Assembly: GCF_006345805.1 (NCBI RefSeq) | Contig: NC_043003.1 | Coordinates: forward strand, 32,736,001-32,800,000 | Length of the DNA stretch: 64,000 nucleotides | Origin: Octopus sinensis | Lineage: Eukaryota | Reading direction: 5' to 3' | Shown here: positions 40,801-50,500 of the stretch, piece after piece | How the letters are laid out: every line of letters begins with the position of its first letter | Numbering within the stretch: position 1 is the first letter of the stretch | Made by a program: the position numbers and the translations under genes | The notes under the pieces: model-generated | What the model saw: only the letters and a program-made list of their open reading frames with translations | What the model was told of the DNA's origin: nothing | Databases searched by the model: none

Positions 40801-43800
40801 TCTGTCAACGATCACACTCGTATGGTGCTCTTTGCACCCCGCTAGCACGGATGCCAGTCATCGAAATGATTTTGATTTTGATTTTGATTTCACTTGCCAC
40901 AACAGGTCTTCGCAAGCAAAGTTTAGTGACCAAAGAAGGGAAAAATTCTAGTTGGAACACAGATGAAATGCCTTTCATAATAAGTCTGTTTGATCAGGAC
41001 TGACCTGGGGCTAAACAACAACAGCAATGAAAGTAGTAATTGGTCATGTGGTTAAGAAATTCACTTCTCAGCCACATGGCTTCAGATTCAATCCTGCTGT
41101 GTGACATTTTGGAAAGTGTCTTCTACAGCCCTGACCTAATCAATTCTTTGTGATGTACTTTGGTCAATTGAAACTGAAAAGTGGCTGTTGTGAATGTGTG
41201 TGCGTAAATAGTTACAAAGCTACACTGAGGTATGGTTACAGATGGTGATGTTATTCTTTGCAGCTCAGTTACAAGTAGTGAAGTCACTGTTTGATATTGA
41301 GCTGCTACCAATGATGATGTTAGCCTTCCTGTCAACAAATCATCTGCTAGTTCTGTACTTTTCAGTTCATTTGGAATCATCAATTATCATCATCATCGTT
41401 TAGCGTCTGCTTTCCATGCTAGCATGGGTTGGACGGTTCAACTGGGGTCTGGGAAGCCAGAAGGCTGCACCAGGCCCAGTCTGATCTGGCAGTGTTTCTA
41501 CGGCTGGATGCCCTTCCTAATGCCAACCACTCTGTGAGTGTAGTGGGTGCTTTTTACGTGCCACCGGCACAGGTGCCAGATGAGACTGGCAAACGGCCAC
41601 GGTCGGATGGTGCTTTTTACGTACTTGAAAAACTGATATGGATTGGTGACAAGAAATGCATTTCAGCTGTATAAATTCTTCCTCAGTTTCTTCCTTTCTT
41701 AGCCAACTTAGCATGAGAAAAAAACAAAACACAGGTAAGCAAATTGAATATTATTTAATAAGCCTATTTTCATTGAGACTTATTAATATTTTTCTTTCAG
41801 GTAAACGCTATAGTTTCATCGATGTCATTGCCTGCATTTCCATGTGTGTTGGACTGGCTCTGTTCACCATAGCTGATAGTACGGTATCACCTAATTTCAA
41901 TGTTTATGGTGAGTAAAGTATAGCTTCTATTTGTTGTTAAATTTACCAATATTTTAGAATAAACTCACAATAGAAATACGGAAATAGTAATTTGTTGTCT
42001 GGTTTAATACTACCACCTGGTTTTTGGATGCCTTTAGCTGAGTGAGCCATTCTGGTGGGTGAGAATGGCAGGAGAGACCTGGTTAAATAACTCTATTTAA
42101 ACATGCGACTAGGAACTAGGAAAGAGTATTTGCTTTCATGTATCAGAGTAGTTCTGGGTTTTGTGTGAGGTGCATTATATATACATGTGTGTGCATGCAT
42201 GTGTAAATGTTTACACAACTACACTGAGCTATGGCTGTTAATAGTGATATTACTCTCTACTGCTCAGTTATGGACTTTCATTCTCTTCAGGTACATGACT
42301 TCATTTTTTTTATTTTAAGACCAAATTCCATTTTGATGTCCTTGCAAAAGCTGTGAATTATGTTCACTAATAAACTGAGACCATCTAAATAATAGATGGT
42401 TGTTCTTTTGTTGATTTCTTTTAAGCTCATATCCAAATGTTACTTTTCTCAGAAGCAGTGTTGAAGGAATCATGCATAAAACAAATAGTAACGGATACTC
42501 ACTGTCTCTTTGAAAAATCTCTCTTCTGTTTCTTAACGTTCATTGGTTCTGTCCAAATGATGTGAGTTCAGTCTTCCAACTTTCCTTGCCTTTTCTCAAA
42601 AACTTGACATCCTTTGCAATCACAAACATGTTCAAACATTCATTGATCCATTAAATGTGGTATTATGTCATAGGCCTAATTTTAATATTGGTTGGTGCAA
42701 AGTTAGATTTGCGAAAAAGTGGTTTTACTCCCTAATAGAGAAATTTGCTTGTTGAAACTTTCTACTAGACTTATCTTTAATAGGGCTGGCTCTAGTGAAA
42801 TTAATGCAAATATACAAATGCTCTTCACTCCAGTACATTACAGATTGCTTGACATTATAGAATTTATTGTATTCTTAGACTATATATATCACTGAATTCC
42901 CTTATTTTTGTGTTCTTGCTTAGTTCATGATCAGCTCCACTTAAATGTCATTCCAGTTGGAACCATCCTCTCTTTTATTTAGGCATAGTTTATCCATGAC
43001 TACATTATCTATTAAGATGGTAGGATCTCATTTGAGGATGAGTTGAAAAAGGATTCATTTGTCCCTAATTAAGAGAATTTTTTTCATTAGTACTATGGAA
43101 ATATTAATATCAGTTGACAAGGATGGTAGACTTGTGGAAGTAGTTGAACTGGGAACAAAATGCCTAACAAGATTTAATTATGACCCTTTGTGTTTTGTGT
43201 TCAAATCTTGCTGAGGTCAGTTTCTAGGTGCCATCCTTCTAGCTAGTATCAATAAAATAAGTGCCAATTGAAAACTGAAGTTGGTTTAATTGACTATTAT
43301 CTCTGCTTTCCCGAATGCGTAGCCTTGTACCAAAATTAGACATTAATATTAATCGGTAATGTTTCTTTTTTTAAAACTTTTTTTGCAGGAATATTTATAA
43401 TATTGTTGGCGTTGTGTGCAGATGCTGTGATTGGAAATGTGCAAGAGAAAGTATTGAAGAAGTTCAATTGTAGCAATATAGAAATGGTAAAAATAATCAT
43501 TTATTAACTTTTAACCAATTGTTGTTTTTGATTAGCTCTAAAGTCACCTCTGAACACACTTTTGAGTAAAATATTTAATTATGATCCTCTGAATTTTTAG
43601 TTCAAATTCTGACAAAGACACTTTTTTACTTACCATTCTTCTGTAGTTAGTAAAATAAGCACCAGTTGAGCTCTGGAATTGAATTAACAAACTGTTGTTA
43701 CTGATGGGCTAGAGGTGAAGCTTTCACCCAGCAGCACAATTCCTCGAAGACTATCATCTGAACTATGAGGGTTTGCTGCTATGCATTACACATCTCTCAA

Positions 43801-46800
43801 GCTTTTCTGTATCTGATTCTTTTTTTTTTTTGCCAGAAGGCCCTCTAACTACCTTTGAGGAATTGTCTTTCACTCTACTTCTCGACTATGAAGGATCAGT
43901 AAGCAGCACTCCCGTGGAGAAAGTTTTACTTTTGCTACCTACTTTGTAAACACCTCCACACTACACATAATTGATAAATCCATTCTACTAGATTCACCAC
44001 CATTCCCATGAAAACCATGTAAATATCTCTAGTTGCTTTGAAACAACATGATTATTGGCCCTGGTAGTGTTTCGTCTCCTAATCTCAATGTACCCCAACG
44101 ATAACTCCATTCACCTAAAACTTTTCAATCTCTCTCTTTCTACATGCTTATATTCTGATCATTGGAAATATGGTTGTGTGTTCCATTTCAAGAAGGACAG
44201 CCCTCTCACCCTACCATCTACCAATGTATTGCAATCACCTCTATTATCTCAAAGGTTATTGAAATAGTCATTTACAACAATCTTCTCAAATACCTCTCTC
44301 TCTCTCTCTTAAATGCCATACTGGTAGATCTAACAGAGACCTACTATCAGTCTGTTTACCAGTGTGCTTTCACTCTAGAAAAATTTAGTGAAGACTTTGT
44401 TGTTACTATCAACATTAACAAAGCTTTTATCTGTTTTGGATGAGGATCTCCTCTTGAACCCCCACCTCCCTATGGGCTTCATCCGTTTCTTATCTCTTGG
44501 ATCACTGACTTCCTTTCAGGCTACACTGTCATGGTGTGTGCTAAGGAGCGCTATCTGACACCTTCTATCACCTATAGTGCATCTCATTATTTGGTTTTGT
44601 CCCCTACAATCTCTTTGAAGACATGAATAAGCTACATTCTATCATTGACAACAACATACACTCCTACACTGATGATAGTATCATTTATTCTTCCCTAACC
44701 CTCCGCATCACAATCTCAATGCTACCCAGACACATCGTGCCAAATATGCATTGTCTCTATGAACAAAGACTTCACACATCTCTTCCTTTAGGGTCATGGC
44801 AATTTTGTCTATTTTAACTGCTAAAATCACAACATTGCAAATATCAAGAAACGATGTTGAGGGTAAACCATATTTTCTGGCAAAAGTGGTGCTGCATGAA
44901 ACTAATGGTAGGCCTCTAATCAGTTAGGTGTGGTGGTGGTGATGATGTGATGAGAAGGACAATACTGATTATGTTGGTGTAGATGCCTGTACAACATATG
45001 CATACTCATTTATATATTGTTGATAAAATACCTAAAGTTTTCCATTTACTTTTAATGCAGGTTTTGTATTCCTGTTCCATTGGTTTCCTATATATACTCG
45101 TGGGATTAGTAGTAACGGGCAACCTATTACCTGCTGTTCATTTTTGCTCTGAGGTAAGTCAATAAACCACTACATCTTGGACAAATGTAATATTACTTAT
45201 TTCATTTTCTTAATATTTTAAAATGTATAGTTAAACTACTAGTAGATGATTGTAAATGGCTGAATTGTTAGTGTGAAACAAAATATATTCTATGAGCAAA
45301 ACGACCCCCCCCCCCGTCCAATGGATGGTGCTGAGTTGTCGAACATTTAAACCAAATTTTCTCAAAACAATTTGTCCGATCATCCCATAGGCCTCCCCTT
45401 TGAGAAACACTGATTTAAACTAAATTTGAGACACCAGCAAAAGAAAAAATAAAGATAGACTTTTTTACTATTCCAAGAAAAACAATTTTACAAATGCATG
45501 TTCCCACGGCTTTATTGACCGCATTCTCCCCTGGAATCGATTTTTGTAATTTTTTCAAGACTTATACACGCCCTGATACCGTTGGTATCTACATATCAAA
45601 TTTGAGTGGGTTCATCTGTACATTTTAAAACATACATTCGGATGGAGGATGCCCAAGATCCTAGAAGACACAGACAGACAGACAGAACGGATTTTATATA
45701 ATAGATATAGTTACAGTTCTTTATGCTCAGAATTCAAAATTTCATTTTACACTTCATCTTATTGTGGTTGATAAAATAAAATGCCAGTTGAGTACTGACA
45801 TTATTTCATTGGCTGTTGTGTTGATCAAAGTGATCACCCCTGGTTCAGAAAAACCAGTAATCTAGAAAAGCTTTGGAACCAAAGATTCTGGAAAATTGAT
45901 GTCATACCTCTATATGAAAGAAAAATGTGCACCAGTTTTGCTGCCAAGGCTTAGATTAACCCAAGGCTATGACAGATGATATCTAAGATTCTGCACTGTA
46001 GAATCAAATGTGGACCTTTGTGGTGATTATGAATTCTTAACTGCTCAGCTGTGCCTGCACAGACATACCTACACTCACTCACCCTTTCATTCACCCACTC
46101 AAACTTTCAGTCACTCCCCTGCTAACCTGCCCATTCTGTCATTCTTTCACTCACTCACTCACTCCTTCATTCATTCACCCCTTTATTCATTCACTCCTTT
46201 ATTCATTCACTCCTTCACTCACTCCTCCACTTACTCCTTCATGCACTCACCCCTTTAATTCATTCTCTCCTTCACTCACTTGCTCTTTCAATCACTCTCT
46301 CCTTCACTCTCACCTATTCACTCATTCCTTCACTCACTTGCCCTTTCAATCACTCTCACCTCTTCACTCACTCACTCCACTCACTTGCCCCCTTCCTTCA
46401 TTCACTCCTTCATTTATTTGAAGCTGAATTTTCCTTCCATTGTGACTCAGACATGAGATAAGTTTGTTTGACAAGTTGAAGTGTCAAACTCTGTACAACA
46501 ACAAAAAGAAACCTCAGCTTCAATCAGAAATATATAAACTCTGTATATTTATTATTCTTGTACAAGAATATTGTTGACAGCGACAATCCCTTGATGGTTT
46601 TGCTGGCCAAAACTTCAAAGTCATTATCAACAACATTCTTGCAAAAGAATAATTAATTTATACTCAACAAAAGTATAGAGTAAGCCATCAGATAAATGTA
46701 AAATTGTTTTTATAATAATCATCATCATCATCATCGTTTAACGTCCGCTTTCCATGCTAGCATGGGTTGGACGATTTTGACTGTGGGCTGGTGAACCAGA

Positions 46801-47536
46801 TGGTTGCACCAGGCTCCAATCTTGATTTGGCAGAGTTTCTACAGCTGGATGCCCTTCTTAACACCAACCACTCCGAGAGTGTAGTGGGTGCTTTTTACGT
46901 GCCACCGGCACAGGGCCAGTCAGGCGGTACTGAATATAATAACTGAATATAAAAACAAACATTAATATAAACTCTATATATTATGTGTTTTTTTACATTA
47001 CACGCACACTTGATTGAACCCCACCACAAAAAAAAAAATACAAAGAAATCAAGCTAAACAGTTCAATTTCTTTATTTCCAGCATCCTACAGTAACATATG
47101 GCTATTCATTCATCTTTTCCATTGCTGGATATCTCGGACTTATTAGTGTTTTGACTCTTGTTAAGTCCTTTGGGGCTTTAGTTGCTGTCACTGGTGAGTT
47201 AACTTGGACTTTCTTTTTATTATTTTACTGAAGTTTAACTATATCCAATATTGAAACCTTATGACATGGGAGAATGTATAATCTGAAATAGAGCATATAA
47301 TGAGGAATGAACATGTCTACACTGCCATCATCATCATCATCATATAATTAAACTGTTAAATACAAGTGCAAACTGGAGATGAGATCACATCTTTGGGGAG
47401 CAAGCATTCCAACCATGGGGCTTTGGGTTCAGTCCTGCTGTGTGGCACCTTTAGAAAATGTTTTTTTACTATAGCCCTTGGCTGAACAAAGCCTTGTGAA
47501 TGCATTTGGTGGATGGTAAAAGAAATTAGTCTGTCA

Positions 47537-47571
<35 letters not shown>

Positions 47572-50500
47572 CTGTGTGTGTTGTTTGTATGTATGTGTGT
47601 GTTTGTATATGTGTGTGTGTGTGTGTTGTTCCAATGTGTTTTCTTATTGTAGTTTAAGAAGGTAGGTTATAAGAGAGATTTGGCTGCTATTTCTAGCAGA
47701 TCAAGCAACTATGTAGAACAAATGAGTGTGCTTTTATGTGGTCCCTAGAATTACAGGAAATAGCAGTTTATGTCCTTGTAACTTAGTGGGTTCATCTAAA
47801 GAGAATGACAAAGAACCAAGCTTATGAAGTATAAATACTAGGGTCAGTTTGTTTGACTAACCCTTTAAGGTTCTGCCCTAGCTTAGCTGCAGTCTGATGA
47901 CTTGAATAAATGAAAAATGAGTGCATATATGGTTGTGTTGGGAAGAAGTTCATTTCACAATGATGTGTGGCATCTTGCACATGAGTCTTCTACATTCCAC
48001 AATACTCATGGATCAACCAAAGACCTGTTAATGAAATGTAGTAAACAGAAACAGTGTGGAAGTTCCTTTCATGGAATATTCTTATTTTGAATGGTAAACT
48101 TAACTCATTAATTGGTTTAACTATTCTATATTGTTTTTGGTTGCTTTTAATGAGTTCACTCTGGTGTAATCCTTCACTCTAGATGTCCAGTGGAAGAATA
48201 ACCTCCTCTCCACTTCCTCTCCATCATGGAGGCCCTAAAACATGGCCTGACTGCTGCTTTTCCTTCTTTGGCTTAGCTAAAAAGCACCCATGCTGCTGCC
48301 ACATAAAAAGCACTTGTGCAAGTGCATGTAATCAGGACTCCTGCTGGTGCCACATAAAAGGCACCCAGTATGCTCTGTAACGTGGTTGGTGTTAGGAAGG
48401 GCATCAAGCTGTAGGAACCATGCTAAAACAGGCAATTGAAGCCTGGTGCAGCTCTCCGATTTTCCAGCTCCTGTCAAACTGTCTAACCCATGGAAACTGG
48501 AAGGTGAATGGTGATGATGATGACGATGGTGGTTTTATACTCTCAGAATTTTCAGTCGTATTTGTTACACAAGAACTGATAAGATAATGCCTCCCACATG
48601 GCAAAATATTTTGCACTGCATTGGTTGAACAGACTTGAGTCTGGCTTATTTCATGTGACAGAACCTCTCTCTAATTAGGACTTCTCTCTAATTTCTTCCT
48701 TTTTCTTCTCTTTCAGTGACTACTTGTCGAAAAGCCCTAACCATTGTCTTGTCATTCATATTTTTCACAAAACCTTTCACCATTCAGTAAGTGTTTTTTG
48801 CTTATATACTTGTTGGTTTCAGTCATTGAATTGTGACCATGCTGGGGCATTGCCTAGAAGTGTTTATTAGTCATTATGATCAACTTATTTTATTGATCTT
48901 AATATTTCAAATGGTTAAGGCAGTGAGCTGGCAGAATTGTTATCATTCCAGGCAAAATGCATAACAGCATTTCATCTACAGTTCTATATTTAAGAGATAA
49001 GGAATTTATGTACATTATATACATTCAATGGATATTTGTCCTCATCTTGTTTGTTGTTAACACAACGTTTTGGCTGATATACCCTCTAGCCTTCTTCAAG
49101 TGTCTTGGGGAAATTTCAAACCTGGGTTCTCATTCCTAAGGTATTTTGCCCATGGGCATATGGCATAGTGGTTAAAGGTGCAGGCTACTAACCCCAAGAT
49201 TCCGAGTTCGATTGCAAGCAGTGACCTGAACACTAACAATAATAATAATAGTAACATCGAAAAATACCTTAGGAATGAGAACCCAGGTTTGAAATTTCCT
49301 CAAGACACCTGATGAAGGCTGGAGGGTATATCAGCCAAAACGTATTAACAACAAACAAGATGAGGACAAATATCCATCGAATGTAAATAATGTAGCATTT
49401 CATCTGTCTTGATATTCTGAATTAAAATTCCACTGAGGTCCACTTTGCCTTTCATTTTTTCAGGGTTGATCAAATAAGCATCAGTTGAAAACTGGGGTGT
49501 TGGTAATCGGTTTGTTGGCCTTGTGCCAAAGTTTGAAACCAATATTTCAAATGGCTAAGTTATTGTTTGATATAAAGAAATCCAATTCAACAAGCTGTTT
49601 CACACCGGTATAAGACAGACAGCCACATATACAGATAAAAGTCAAATCTCTGCTGACCTCCAAATTAATATACATATGATATAAAAAAAGAAAAAATGTT
49701 CTCATTCTGACCATTGTCCTTTATTCATAACGTACTTAAGACTTCATTATCCAATGTGTTTTCTTATGGTAGTTTAAGAAGGTAGGTTATAAGATAGATT
49801 TGGTTGCTATTTCTAACAGATCAAACAACTATGTAGAACAAATGAGGGAGCTTTTATGTGGTTCCTAGAATTGTTGGAAATAGCAACCAAATCTCTCTTA
49901 AAGTATATTCTACTAGTCCAAAAAGGGAAGGACATATTGGTTAAGCTGATCCTAGATATGCAACACCCTAAGATAACAGCAAAGTGATCATGACGGGAAA
50001 ACTTTTTAATCATAGGTCTACTGAGTTAGTGCTGATCCCATTGTACTCAGCTCCTGTTTTATTTAGTCTCTAGTTCAATTTTCATTAAAGAGGTCTGTAG
50101 TTGACCATTTCAATCCCAATTTAATATTTCTTCATATTGGAACAAGCGCACATACTTGCATTTTATCAATCACTTTCCTGAAAAAAGAAAATACTAAATT
50201 TACTTTAGAAGGATTTGAACTCTGAACGTAATTGACTGTAACTACATACAACACATTTTGTCCAGTGCTCTCAACAAATCTGCCAAGCTACTATTGCTAT
50301 GATATTGGTTTCAAATTTTGGTACAAGGCCAGAAATTCAGGGAAGGGGTTAAGTCAATTACACTGACCCCAGTGCTCAACTGGTACTTATTTTATCAACC
50401 CCCAAAAGAATGAAAGGCAAAGTTAACCTTGGTGGTATTTGAACTCAGAATTTAAAGCCTGACAAAATGCCACTAAGCATTTGACTTGGCATAATAATAA

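Noticed and set aside
41305-41360. Possible C/D snoRNA (ATGATGA)
   Set aside because: No D box (CTGA) or terminal stem at a suitable distance.
45073-45075. TGT (Cys) where vertebrates have Tyr, as a 'hard-wired' A-to-I recoding site
   Set aside because: A single transition cannot be distinguished from ordinary substitution without ortholog DNA/RNA data.
49154-49226. Functional tRNA-Ser(ACT) gene
   Set aside because: Acceptor and T stems pair poorly, there is no long variable arm, ACT is atypical, and it lies inside a TSD-flanked mobile insert; treated as a tRNA-derived promoter.
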